The translations under genes and the position numbers were made by a program. This document shows positions 35,418-44,167 of a stretch of 64,000 nt of DNA, one piece after another (position 1 is the first letter of the stretch; each line of letters opens with the position of its first letter). The notes beneath the pieces are model-generated. The model was not told where the DNA came from and ran no database searches. It saw nothing but the letters and a program-made list of their open reading frames with translations. The stretch comes from an uncultured Gemmatimonadales bacterium (GTDB lineage Bacteria; Gemmatimonadota; Gemmatimonadetes; Gemmatimonadales; GWC2-71-9): NCBI GenBank assembly GCA_963771275.1, contig CAVYSW010000009.1, positions 288,001-352,000 of the forward strand, given 5' to 3'.

Positions 35418-36523
35418 GCGCGTGGCGCCTCTGGGCCGTCGCCCGGAAGGAGTGGATTCAGCTGCGGCGCGATACCCGGAGCCTCGCCCTGGCGTTCGCG
35501 CTGCCCGCCCTGCTCATCCTCCTCTTCGGCTACGCCATCAGCCTCGACGTCCGCAACATCCCGCTGGCGGTGCTCGATCACAGCCACACCCCGGAGAGCC
35601 GCCGGCTCGTCGAGGCGCTCGTCGCGTCGCGGTATTTCACCGTGACCACGACGCTCGCGCGTGAGGGAGAGCTGGACGGCGCGCTGCGCACGGGCCGCGT
35701 GCGGCTGGCGCTCGTGATCCCGCCGTCCTTTGTGCGGGATCTCGCCGCCGGGCAGGGGGCGCCGGTGCAGCTGCTGCTCGACGGCAGCGATGCCAACAGC
35801 GCCACGATCGCCCAGAACTACGCCGACGCGATCGTGGCCCGCTACTCCCTCGACGCCGGCGGCCGCTCGGTCGTCCTCCCCGTGGATCTCCGCACCCGCG
35901 TGTGGTACAACGAGACCCTCGAGAGCCGGAACATGGTGGTCCCCGGGCTGATCGCCGTGATCATGTCCATCATCGCGGCCATGCTCACCGCCCTCACCAT
36001 CGCCCGGGAATGGGAGCGCGGCACGATGGAGCAGCTGGCGGCGACGCCGGTCCACCGCATCGAGGTCGTGCTGGGCAAGCTGGTGCCCTACATCGGCATC
36101 GGCTTCGTGGACGTGACGATCGCGGTCGTCACCGGGCGGGTGGTGTTCCACGTCCCGGTGCGCGGCGACCTGCTGCTGCTGGCGGCGCTCACGCTGCTGT
36201 TCCTCCTGGCGGCGCTCGGCTGGGGCGTGTTCCTCTCCGCCGCCCTCAAGTCGCAGCTGCTGGCGACCCAGGCCGCCCTGATCACCACCTATCTGCCGGC
36301 CCTGCTCCTCTCGGGCTTCATCTTCTCCATCTCCGCCATGCCCCTGGCGTTGCGCGTGATCACGCACATCGTGCCGGCCCGCTACTTCGTCACGATCACC
36401 AAGGGGATCTTCCTCAAGGCGGTGGGCCTCGAGACCCTCTGGCCCGAAGTGCTGGCGCTGGCCGCGTTCTCGGCCGGCGGGCTCGGGCTCGCGCTCCGGT
36501 CGTTCCGCAAGGAGCTCGGGTGA
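35414..36523 (+). CDS. ABC-2 permease (YbhS-like)
   Basis: ARKEWIQLRRD, WYNETLES, AREWERGTMEQL, LLSGF. Confidence 0.93.
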   Translation: MSAWRLWAVARKEWIQLRRDTRSLALAFALPALLILLFGYAISLDVRNIPLAVLDHSHTPESRRLVEALVASRYFTVTTTLAREGELDGALRTGRVRLALVIPPSFVRDLAAGQGAPVQLLLDGSDANSATIAQNYADAIVARYSLDAGGRSVVLPVDLRTRVWYNETLESRNMVVPGLIAVIMSIIAAMLTALTIAREWERGTMEQLAATPVHRIEVVLGKLVPYIGIGFVDVTIAVVTGRVVFHVPVRGDLLLLAALTLLFLLAALGWGVFLSAALKSQLLATQAALITTYLPALLLSGFIFSISAMPLALRVITHIVPARYFVTITKGIFLKAVGLETLWPEVLALAAFSAGGLGLALRSFRKELG

Positions 36524-37647
36524 GCCTGTCCCTCCTGCGTCTGCGCGAGATGGTGGGCAAGGAGGCACGACAGCTGCTCCGCGACTTCCGGACGCGCGGG
36601 CTGATCTTCGTCGCACCGCTCGTTCAGCTCCTGGTGTTCGGGTACGCGGTGAACACCGACGTGCCGAACACCGCGACCTTCGTGGTGGACCACGACCACA
36701 CCGCCGTCTCGCGCGAGCTGATCGACGCGTTCCAGCACACCGGCTACTTCGCGGTGGTCGGCACCTCCGAGCGTTCGGCCGACCTCGCGCGCGCGCTTGA
36801 CCGGAGCGACGCGGTCGTCGGGATCGAGATCCCGCCCGGGTTCACTCGGCAGCTCGCCGCCGGGGGCCCCGCCGAGGTGCAGATCCTGCTCGACGGCAGC
36901 AGCTCCAACACGGCGACGGTCGCCCAGGGCTACGCCACGCGCATCGTGCAGCGGTTCGCCCTGGCACACCTGCCCGCCGGCGCCCTCCCCCGCGCCGGCG
37001 TGGACCTCCGCGTCCGTCCATGGTACAACCCGACCCTCGAGAGCCGCGCGTACAACGTCCCGGCCGTGATGGGCCTGCTCCTGCTGCTGATGAGCCTCGT
37101 GCTCACGGCGCTCTCGATCGTGCGCGAGCGCGAGGACGGGACCCTCGAGCAACTGCTGGTGAGCCCGCTCTCGCCGGCCGAGTTCCTGCTCGGGAAGACG
37201 ATTCCCGCCGCGCTGGTGGCTCTGGTCGACCTCGTGACGATCACCGCGGTGTCGATCCTCTGGTTCCACATCCCGCTGCGCGGATCGGCCCTGGCGCTCC
37301 TGGCGGCGGCGATCCTGTTCATCCTCGCGGCCATCGCGCTCGGACTGTTCATCTCGACGATCTCGCACACGCAGCAGGAGGCGTTCATGACGATGTTCCT
37401 GCTGCTGCTGCCGTCCATCATCCTGTCCGGGTTCTTCTACCCGATCAGCAGCATGCCGCGCGTATTCCAGATCATCACGCTGGTCAACCCGGTGCGGCAC
37501 TTCCTGGAGATCGTGCGCGGGGTCTTCCTCAAGGGGGCCGGCTTCGTCCCGCTGTGGGACCACTACGCCTGGCTCGCGGTGATCGCGGCGGCAACGATGA
37601 CCCTTGCCATCGCCCGGTTCGCCCGCACCACGGCCCGCGGCGTCTAA
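36520..37647 (+). CDS. ABC-2 permease (YbhR-like)
   Basis: GTG start overlapping the upstream stop; WYNPTLES, REREDGTLEQLLVSP, LSGFFYPISSMP. Confidence 0.93.
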   Translation: MSLSLLRLREMVGKEARQLLRDFRTRGLIFVAPLVQLLVFGYAVNTDVPNTATFVVDHDHTAVSRELIDAFQHTGYFAVVGTSERSADLARALDRSDAVVGIEIPPGFTRQLAAGGPAEVQILLDGSSSNTATVAQGYATRIVQRFALAHLPAGALPRAGVDLRVRPWYNPTLESRAYNVPAVMGLLLLLMSLVLTALSIVREREDGTLEQLLVSPLSPAEFLLGKTIPAALVALVDLVTITAVSILWFHIPLRGSALALLAAAILFILAAIALGLFISTISHTQQEAFMTMFLLLLPSIILSGFFYPISSMPRVFQIITLVNPVRHFLEIVRGVFLKGAGFVPLWDHYAWLAVIAAATMTLAIARFARTTARGV

Positions 37648-37689
37648 CCCACTCCCCCCGCGGCGGCCACCGCGTAGGTTTCACAGCGG

Positions 37690-38346
37690 ATGACCAGCTC
37701 GGCGTTCGCGGAGCAGCGCTGCCAGATGGTCCGGCGGCAGCTTGCCGAACGCGGGATCACCGATCGCCGCGTTCTCGCGGCGATGCGCGCCATTCCCCGG
37801 GAGCAGTTCGTCCCGGCCGACCTGATCCACGACGCCTACGGCGACCATCCGCTCCGGATCGGCGCCGGCCAGACCATCTCCCAGCCGTACATCGTCGCCC
37901 TCATGACCGAGGCCGCGCACCTCACGCGGCGGAGCCGGGTGCTCGAGATCGGTGCCGGGAGCGGCTATCACGCCGCGGTGCTCGCCCGGCTCGCCGCCGC
38001 CGTCTGGACCATCGATCGGCTGCCCGACCTCGCCCGGCAGGCACGGCAGCGCCTCGCGACGCTCGGTGCGGCGAACGTCGCCGTCCTGATCGGGGACGGC
38101 GCGCTGGGCTACCCGCCCGCAGCCCCGTATGACGCGATCCTCGTCGCCGCCGCGGCCCCGCGACCACCAGCGCCGCTGCTCCGCCAGTTGGCGCCCGGCG
38201 GACGGCTCGTCATTCCCGTCGGCGCCCGCGACGTCCAGCAGCTCACGGTCTACGAGCGAACGGCGCAAGGCACCGTGGCGCACGATCTGTGCGCGTGCTG
38301 CTTCGTCCCGCTGGTCTCGCGCGAGGCGTTCGACCGGGCTCCGTGA
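37690..38346 (+). CDS. pcm: Protein-L-isoaspartate O-methyltransferase
   Basis: GQTISQPYIVA, VLEIGAGSGY, GDGALG..APYDAILV, GGRLVIPVG, FVPLV. Confidence 0.96.
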   Translation: MTSSAFAEQRCQMVRRQLAERGITDRRVLAAMRAIPREQFVPADLIHDAYGDHPLRIGAGQTISQPYIVALMTEAAHLTRRSRVLEIGAGSGYHAAVLARLAAAVWTIDRLPDLARQARQRLATLGAANVAVLIGDGALGYPPAAPYDAILVAAAAPRPPAPLLRQLAPGGRLVIPVGARDVQQLTVYERTAQGTVAHDLCACCFVPLVSREAFDRAP

Positions 38347-38427
38347 GCCGGCCGCCAGCGCGAGGCGCGGGTGGCGGGGCACACCGGTCCGGGGTATGAT
38401 TAGCTCCCAGTTCACAGGGATATCCCG

Positions 38428-39081
38428 CTGCGCCCGACCCGCTCGACGACCCGTGCCGGCGCCTTCTGGGTGCCAGCCCTCGCCCTCGGGCTCGCGCCCG
38501 CCACGGCGCCGGCGCAGGTGGCCATTGGCGCCCGCGCCGGCGTCCAGCTCACCTCCGCGCTGGTGCACGACTCCGTGGTGGAGTCGATCACGGTCCAGGT
38601 GAAGCCCGCCCCGGTCTTCGGGGTGTGGCTCGACGCCCCGCTCGGCGGGCCGTACATCATGGTCGCGGGCGTCGCGCTGAGCCGCAGCGATGTGGTGGCG
38701 CATGCCGCCAGCGGCGACGTGTCCCTCACGGGCCTCACGGTGTGGCACCCGACGCTGGCCGTGCGCCGGGCCGTCAGGCCGTGGATCGGGATCGAAGCGC
38801 GGGTCGGCGCCATCATCTATGCCCCGAGCAAGCGCACCGCCAACCTGTTCCAGGACGGGGCCCCGGTGGACGCGACGCTGGGCGCGGGCGTGCAGGTCGA
38901 GCGCCGGCTTGGCGGCGGCTTCGCGGCCGGCCTCTCCCTGCAGTACGACGCCACCCGCTTCACCACGCAGACGCTCCAGACCCAGGGCTTCGTCGGCGCC
39001 ACGGTGGTGCACCGCGTCGCGCTCTCGGCCACCATTCGCCGGGTCCTCCGGGCGGGAACGCGCCATGCGGCCGCGCGCTAG
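38428..39081 (+). CDS. Putative outer-membrane beta-barrel protein (hypothetical)
   Basis: Alternating amphipathic beta-strand pattern. Extending to CTG 38428 (SD-like CAGGGA, -10 TATGAT at 38395) gives a complete signal peptide MRPTRSTTRAGAFWVPALALGLAPATAPA-Q. The ORF track start is GTG 38470. Confidence 0.6.
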   Translation: MRPTRSTTRAGAFWVPALALGLAPATAPAQVAIGARAGVQLTSALVHDSVVESITVQVKPAPVFGVWLDAPLGGPYIMVAGVALSRSDVVAHAASGDVSLTGLTVWHPTLAVRRAVRPWIGIEARVGAIIYAPSKRTANLFQDGAPVDATLGAGVQVERRLGGGFAAGLSLQYDATRFTTQTLQTQGFVGATVVHRVALSATIRRVLRAGTRHAAAR

Positions 39082-39709
39082 CCACGTCGTCGTGCTCGCG
39101 CTGGCCGCCGCGGGGTGCGACGTCGCCACGGCGCCCCCGCGGGCCACGATCTACGCGTTCGACCTGGAGGCCAGCGGCCTCGTGTTCCACTGGCCGGCGG
39201 GCCGCCTCCCCGTCCGCTACTGGGTGGACCCGGCGGCGGGGCCCATCGCGCGGTACGCCGAGACCGGCCTCCGGGCGTGGGAATCGCAGTTTCTCTACGG
39301 CGAGTTCACCGGCGTTCTGGTGACGGATTCGTCCCGCGCCGACGTGCTCATCGCGGTCGCCGGGCCGACACCGCCGGACGTCCCGCTCACCGAGGCGGCC
39401 CCGGTGGACGCGTGCGGCGGCGCAACGCGCAATGCGTTCTCCACGGACGACTACACGCTCCTCGGCCCGTTCCAGGTGACCATCAACTGGGACCGGAACT
39501 ACAGCGATGCGGACGTGGCCAACTGCCTACGGCGCGTCACCGCCCACGAGATCGGTCACACGCTCGGGCTCCTGGCCGAGAGTCCCGGCCCGCTGGATCT
39601 CATGAATACCGCGCCGAAGGTCGCCGTGCCGTCGGCGGATGACCGGGCCACGGTCGCCACGCTCTACCACACGACGCCGTCGATCGCTCCGCCGGTACGG
39701 CCTCCATGA
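39065..39709 (+). CDS. Matrixin-like (metzincin) lipoprotein 1
   Basis: ATG 39065; lipobox LAAAGC; HEIGHTLGLLAES..DLM (Met-turn)..SADD. Confidence 0.8.
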   Translation: MRPRASHVVVLALAAAGCDVATAPPRATIYAFDLEASGLVFHWPAGRLPVRYWVDPAAGPIARYAETGLRAWESQFLYGEFTGVLVTDSSRADVLIAVAGPTPPDVPLTEAAPVDACGGATRNAFSTDDYTLLGPFQVTINWDRNYSDADVANCLRRVTAHEIGHTLGLLAESPGPLDLMNTAPKVAVPSADDRATVATLYHTTPSIAPPVRPP

Positions 39710-40326
39710 CGCCTCGCCTCGCGCTCGCCCTGCTGGCACTGACCGGCTGCGCCGACGTGGGCATGCCGGAGCGGCCGGTGCCCTACCAGTTCGCCTACAC
39801 CATCCCGAGTGGGTTCGTGGCGGTGTTTCACTGGCCGTCCTCCGCCCTGCCGGTGCGCGTCTGGGTCGAGCCCAACGGCGACCTGCCCTCCGATGTCGCG
39901 CACGGCCTGCGACTCTGGGAGAGCGTCGCCATCTACGGCGAATTCCGTGGGGTGCTGGTGGCGGATTCGACGCGGGCCGACGTGATCGTCACGATGGGAG
40001 CCCCCGAGGTACCGGGCCCGGGCGCCGTCCTCTCCTGCAGCGCCGGCACGGCCTGGGGGATCAACCTCGACACGACCATCGTGCTCCCGTTCCGGACGAC
40101 CCTCAGGCGGCGCGCCCTGGGGTCGACGTCGGACACGCAGGCGTGCCTCCGCATCGTGGCGGCCCACGAGCTCGGGCACACCCTGGGCCTCATCCCCGAG
40201 AGCGACGACCCCGGCGACCTCATGTACGGCATCCCGACGGTCAGCGAACCGTCAGCCCGCGACCGTGCGACGTTCACCACCCTGTACCACACGCAGCCCA
40301 CGGTCCGCCTGCCGGCCGGCCGGTAG
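39706..40326 (+). CDS. Matrixin-like (metzincin) lipoprotein 2, paralog of the upstream gene
   Basis: Lipobox LTGC; HELGHTLGLIPES..DLM..SARD. Shares VFHWP..LPVR.WV, GLR.WES..YGEF.GVLV.DS.RADV and TLYHT with the first copy. Confidence 0.82.
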   Translation: MTPRLALALLALTGCADVGMPERPVPYQFAYTIPSGFVAVFHWPSSALPVRVWVEPNGDLPSDVAHGLRLWESVAIYGEFRGVLVADSTRADVIVTMGAPEVPGPGAVLSCSAGTAWGINLDTTIVLPFRTTLRRRALGSTSDTQACLRIVAAHELGHTLGLIPESDDPGDLMYGIPTVSEPSARDRATFTTLYHTQPTVRLPAGR

Positions 40327-40353
40327 CGCGGTGCCGCGGCGCCGCCCGGCTCG

Positions 40354-41937
40354 ATGACCCGACCCGGTTCCGTCATCGCGCCCGGGCTCGTGCCGCGCGG
40401 CCCCGTCCATCGCAACTTCGGGCCGGTGGCCCTGTACGAGGCCGCGATCCGTCGGGGGGAGGGGCGGGTCGTGGCCGGCGGTCCGTTCGCGGCGGTCACC
40501 ACGCCGCACACGGGCCGCTCCCCCAACGACAAGTTCGTGGTCCGTGAGCCCGGTTCCGAGCGGGACATCTGGTGGGGTCCGGTGAACCAGCCGATGGAGC
40601 CGGCACAGTACGAGGCCCTCCGGCGGGACGTGCTCGAGCATCTCGGCGGCCGGGAGCTGTTCGTCCGCGACGCGTTCGCCGGTGCTGCGCCGGCCCATCG
40701 CGTCTCCGTGCGCTTCGTCACCGAGAACGCCTGGCACGCGCTGTTCGCGTCCAACATGTTCATCCGCCCCAGTCGCGGCGAAACCGACGCCTTCGCGCCC
40801 GAGTGGATCGTGCTGCATGCGCCCGAGATGTCGGCGGACCCCGCGCGGCACGGCACGCGCAGCGGCACCTTCGTCGTGCTGCATCCCGGCGAGCGCGCGG
40901 TGCTGATCGGCGGCACGCGCTACGCCGGCGAGCTGAAGAAGTCCATCTTCACGGTGCTCAACTACCTCTACCCGGCGCAGGACATTCTCCCGATGCACTG
41001 CGCGGCCAACGTCGGCGATCGCGGGGACGTGGCGCTGTTCTTCGGGCTCTCGGGCACCGGCAAGACGACGCTCTCCGCCGACGCCACGCGCGGGCTGATC
41101 GGCGACGACGAGCACGGGTGGAGCGCGACGGGCGTGTTCAACTTCGAGGGGGGGTGCTACGCCAAGGTCATCCGCCTCTCGGCCGAGGGCGAGCCGGAGA
41201 TCTACGCCGCGACCCGCCGGTTCGGCACGATCCTCGAGAACGTGGCGCTCGACGAGGAGACGCGGGAGGTCGATCTCGCCAGTCCGGCGATCACCGAGAA
41301 TACCCGCGCGTCCTACCCGATCCCGTTCATCCCCAACCACGTGCCGGGCGGCCACTCCGGCCACCCGTCGCACATCGTCTTGCTCACCGCCGACGCGTTC
41401 GGCGTGCTGCCGCCGATCGCCCGGCTGACCCCCGAGCAGGCGATGTACCATTTCCTGGCCGGGTACACGGCGAAGGTGGCGGGGACCGAGCGCGGCGTGA
41501 GCGAGCCGGAGGCCACGTTCAGCGCCTGCTTCGGCGCGCCGTTCCTGCCGCGTCACCCGGGTGTGTACGCCCGGATGCTCGGCGAGCGGATCGGCCGGCA
41601 TCGCGTGTCCTGCTGGCTGGTCAACACCGGGTGGACGGCGGGTCCGTACGGCGAGGGCCATCGCATGCGCCTCAGCCACACGCGCGCGCTGCTCCGGGCC
41701 GCCCTCGCCGGCCGGCTGGACGACGTGCCGTCGCGCGACGATCCGGTCTTCGGCGTCCGCGTCCCCACGGCGGTCCCCGGCGTGCCGGACGAGATGCTCG
41801 ACCCGCGCGGCACCTGGGCCGATTCCTCCCGCTACGACGCGGCGGCGCGCAGGCTGGCGGAGCTGTTCCATCAGCACTTCGCGCGGTACGCGGACCAGGT
41901 GGAGCCGGCGGTCCGGGCCGCGGGCCCCCGCCGCTAG
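40354..41937 (+). CDS. pckA: Phosphoenolpyruvate carboxykinase (ATP)
   Basis: [56 protein letters not shown]. Confidence 0.98.
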   Translation: MTRPGSVIAPGLVPRGPVHRNFGPVALYEAAIRRGEGRVVAGGPFAAVTTPHTGRSPNDKFVVREPGSERDIWWGPVNQPMEPAQYEALRRDVLEHLGGRELFVRDAFAGAAPAHRVSVRFVTENAWHALFASNMFIRPSRGETDAFAPEWIVLHAPEMSADPARHGTRSGTFVVLHPGERAVLIGGTRYAGELKKSIFTVLNYLYPAQDILPMHCAANVGDRGDVALFFGLSGTGKTTLSADATRGLIGDDEHGWSATGVFNFEGGCYAKVIRLSAEGEPEIYAATRRFGTILENVALDEETREVDLASPAITENTRASYPIPFIPNHVPGGHSGHPSHIVLLTADAFGVLPPIARLTPEQAMYHFLAGYTAKVAGTERGVSEPEATFSACFGAPFLPRHPGVYARMLGERIGRHRVSCWLVNTGWTAGPYGEGHRMRLSHTRALLRAALAGRLDDVPSRDDPVFGVRVPTAVPGVPDEMLDPRGTWADSSRYDAAARRLAELFHQHFARYADQVEPAVRAAGPRR

Positions 41938-41945
41938 GCAGGCGC

Positions 41946-43208
41946 ATGGCCGGGGCGGGCGGCTTCGAGGTGGTGCGCGATCCCCTGTGGAACAACATCG
42001 GGATCGACCCGCAGGCGCTGCCCATCCTCGACAGCGCGCCGTTTCAGCGCCTCCGCTACGTCCGCCAGCTCGGCCACGCGTTCCTCGTCTACCCCGGCGC
42101 GACCCACACCCGCTTCGAGCACGCGCTCGGCACGTATCACCTCGCGCGACGCGCGCTGTCGCTGCTGGCGGAGCGGGGAGCGCTCGACGGTGTCGCCCCC
42201 GAGGAGGTGACGCTTGTGCGGCTGGCGGCGCTGCTGCACGACGTCGGCCATTACCCGTTCTCCCACGCGCTCGAGGAAGCCGGGCTGCCGTCGCACGAGC
42301 AGCTGGCGCGCGAGCACCTCACGCATCCCGAGCTCGCCGTGGCGCTCGCCGCGACCGGCGTCGCCCACGCGGAGCGCCGCATCGCCGAGCTGATCGTGGG
42401 CCGGAGCCCGAGCCCGCTTCAGGGCCTGATCTCGGGCTCGCTCGATCTCGACAAGATCGAGTACCTGACGCGCGATGCGCGGATGTGCGGCGTGCCGTAC
42501 GGCACGGTGGACGTGGACCGCCTGCTCCACTCGCTCACCCTCGTGCCGGGCGCGGCGGGCCAGACGGTCGGGCTGCACGAGAAGGGCGTGAGCGCGCTCG
42601 AGTCCCTCCTGTTTGCGAAGTACCAGATGTACCGCAACGTGTACTGGCACCACGCCGTGCGCAGCGCCACGGTGATGTTCAAGCGCGTCGTGCGGAGCGC
42701 GCTGGCGCGCGCCGTGCTCGATCCCGCGTGGATCGCGCAGGCCTCGGACGAGGCGCTGATGGAGCGGCTGCGGACATTGCCGGATGCGCCGCTCGCCGAG
42801 CGGCTGCGGCGGCGCCAGCTGTTCAAGCGGGTGCTCGACCTGCCGGCTGCGGAGCTTCCTCCGGGGGCGGGGACCTGGGTGGCGGAGGATCCCGACCTCA
42901 CGGCCCGCGTGGAAGACCGGCTCGCGGTGGAGTGCGGCCGCCGACCCGGTGAGCTGCTGCTCGACTTCCCCGCCAAGCCTGCGATGCTGTCGGGAGACGT
43001 GCCCGTGCTCGCGCGGGACGGCACCGTGGCGCCGGCGCGACTCGGGATCCTGCAGGTCGCCGACGCGCTCCACACCACCGCGCGGCGGCTCCGGTTGTAC
43101 GCCGGCGCTCCGCTCGCCGTGGCGCCGCAGGGAATGGTGACGCTGCTGGAGGAATCCGCGGTGGAGGTCGAGGCCCACCTGGCCGCGGACCGGGCGCTGC
43201 TGCGCTAG
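41946..43208 (+). CDS. HD-domain phosphohydrolase (SAMHD1/YwfO-like, putative dNTP triphosphohydrolase)
   Basis: ATG 41946; FQRLRYVRQLG, YPGATHTRFEHALG, LLHDVGHYPFSH, DLDKIEYLTRD, MYRNVYWH. Confidence 0.9.
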   Translation: MAGAGGFEVVRDPLWNNIGIDPQALPILDSAPFQRLRYVRQLGHAFLVYPGATHTRFEHALGTYHLARRALSLLAERGALDGVAPEEVTLVRLAALLHDVGHYPFSHALEEAGLPSHEQLAREHLTHPELAVALAATGVAHAERRIAELIVGRSPSPLQGLISGSLDLDKIEYLTRDARMCGVPYGTVDVDRLLHSLTLVPGAAGQTVGLHEKGVSALESLLFAKYQMYRNVYWHHAVRSATVMFKRVVRSALARAVLDPAWIAQASDEALMERLRTLPDAPLAERLRRRQLFKRVLDLPAAELPPGAGTWVAEDPDLTARVEDRLAVECGRRPGELLLDFPAKPAMLSGDVPVLARDGTVAPARLGILQVADALHTTARRLRLYAGAPLAVAPQGMVTLLEESAVEVEAHLAADRALLR

Positions 43209-43405
43209 CCCGCCGCCGCGCGCGGGCGGCCGCCGGCCTCCGCCAGCTCCGCCGCCACCGCCCGATAGTAGCGCCCGTCGTCCGGCCGCCCCGCCTCATC
43301 CATCGCGACCGCGCACACCTCGAGGGCGTACAGCAGCGGGCCAAGATGCTGGGCGGCTACTGCCCCCACGGCGTCGGAATTGGGACCGGCCGCCGCGGCG
43401 GTCAC
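43205..43405 (-). CDS. Small hypothetical protein (66 aa)
   Basis: GTG at 43405 overlaps the PP2C stop (GTGA); fills the gap to the HD gene stop; helical-looking LLYALEVCAVAMDEAGRPDDGRYYRAVAAELAEAGG. Confidence 0.5.
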   Translation of the reverse strand: MTAAAAGPNSDAVGAVAAQHLGPLLYALEVCAVAMDEAGRPDDGRYYRAVAAELAEAGGRPRAAAG

Positions 43406-44166
43406 GGCGAGCCGCCGTCGCCCTCCACCCGGTCGATCCGCACCACGATCACCGTGATGTTGTCGAGCCCGCCCATGCGGTTCGCCTCCGTGACCAGCGC
43501 GTCCGCCAGGGCCTGCGGCTCGGGTGACGAGTGCAACAGGCGATGCAGCTGGGGATCGTCGATCATCCCGGTGAGGCCGTCGGACGCGAGCATGAACAGG
43601 TCCCCGGGACGGAGGGATCCGATGTAGGTGTCGGGCGCCACGTCGTCGTTGGCGCCCACGCACCGCGTGATCACGTTGCTGTACGGGTGCGTGCGCGCGT
43701 CCTCGGGGGACAGATAGCCGGCATCGACCTGCTCCTGGACGTACGAGTGATCCTTCGTGAGCTGCACCAGCTCGCCGTCGCGCAGCAGGTAGGCCCGGCT
43801 GTCCCCCACCTGGCCGATGAGGTAGCGCCGGCCGCTGAGCACGAGGGTCGTGGCCGTCGTCCCCATGCCGCGCTTGTCGTGTTCCGTGAGGGTCCGCTCG
43901 AAGATGGTCGCGTTCGCCAACCGGATCGCGTGACGCATGCGCTCCGACGCCGCGACGTCGTCGAGCGCCGCCGGGTCGCCGAGCTCGTCGGCGATGATCC
44001 GTACCGCCATCTCGCTCGCCACCTCGCCGGCCGCGTGCCCACCCATGCCGTCCGCCACGATGAACACGGCGCGGTCGGGGATCATGAGGTAGTTGTCCTC
44101 GTTCCCCGACCGCACGATGCCGACGTCGGTCCGTCCCGCGCAGGTGAAGCGCACGTTGGGAGTCAA
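43402..44166 (-). CDS. PP2C-type Ser/Thr protein phosphatase (Stp1/PrpC family)
   Basis: TDVGIVRSGNED, VADGMGGHAAGEVAS, GMGTT, VGDSRAY, TKDHS, SDGL, GGLDNIT. Confidence 0.96.
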   Translation of the reverse strand: MTPNVRFTCAGRTDVGIVRSGNEDNYLMIPDRAVFIVADGMGGHAAGEVASEMAVRIIADELGDPAALDDVAASERMRHAIRLANATIFERTLTEHDKRGMGTTATTLVLSGRRYLIGQVGDSRAYLLRDGELVQLTKDHSYVQEQVDAGYLSPEDARTHPYSNVITRCVGANDDVAPDTYIGSLRPGDLFMLASDGLTGMIDDPQLHRLLHSSPEPQALADALVTEANRMGGLDNITVIVVRIDRVEGDGGSP

Positions 44167-44167
44167 G

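Noticed and set aside
41946..43208. HD protein as an anti-phage dNTPase system
   Set aside because: It sits directly behind pckA in a housekeeping context with no defence-associated neighbours.
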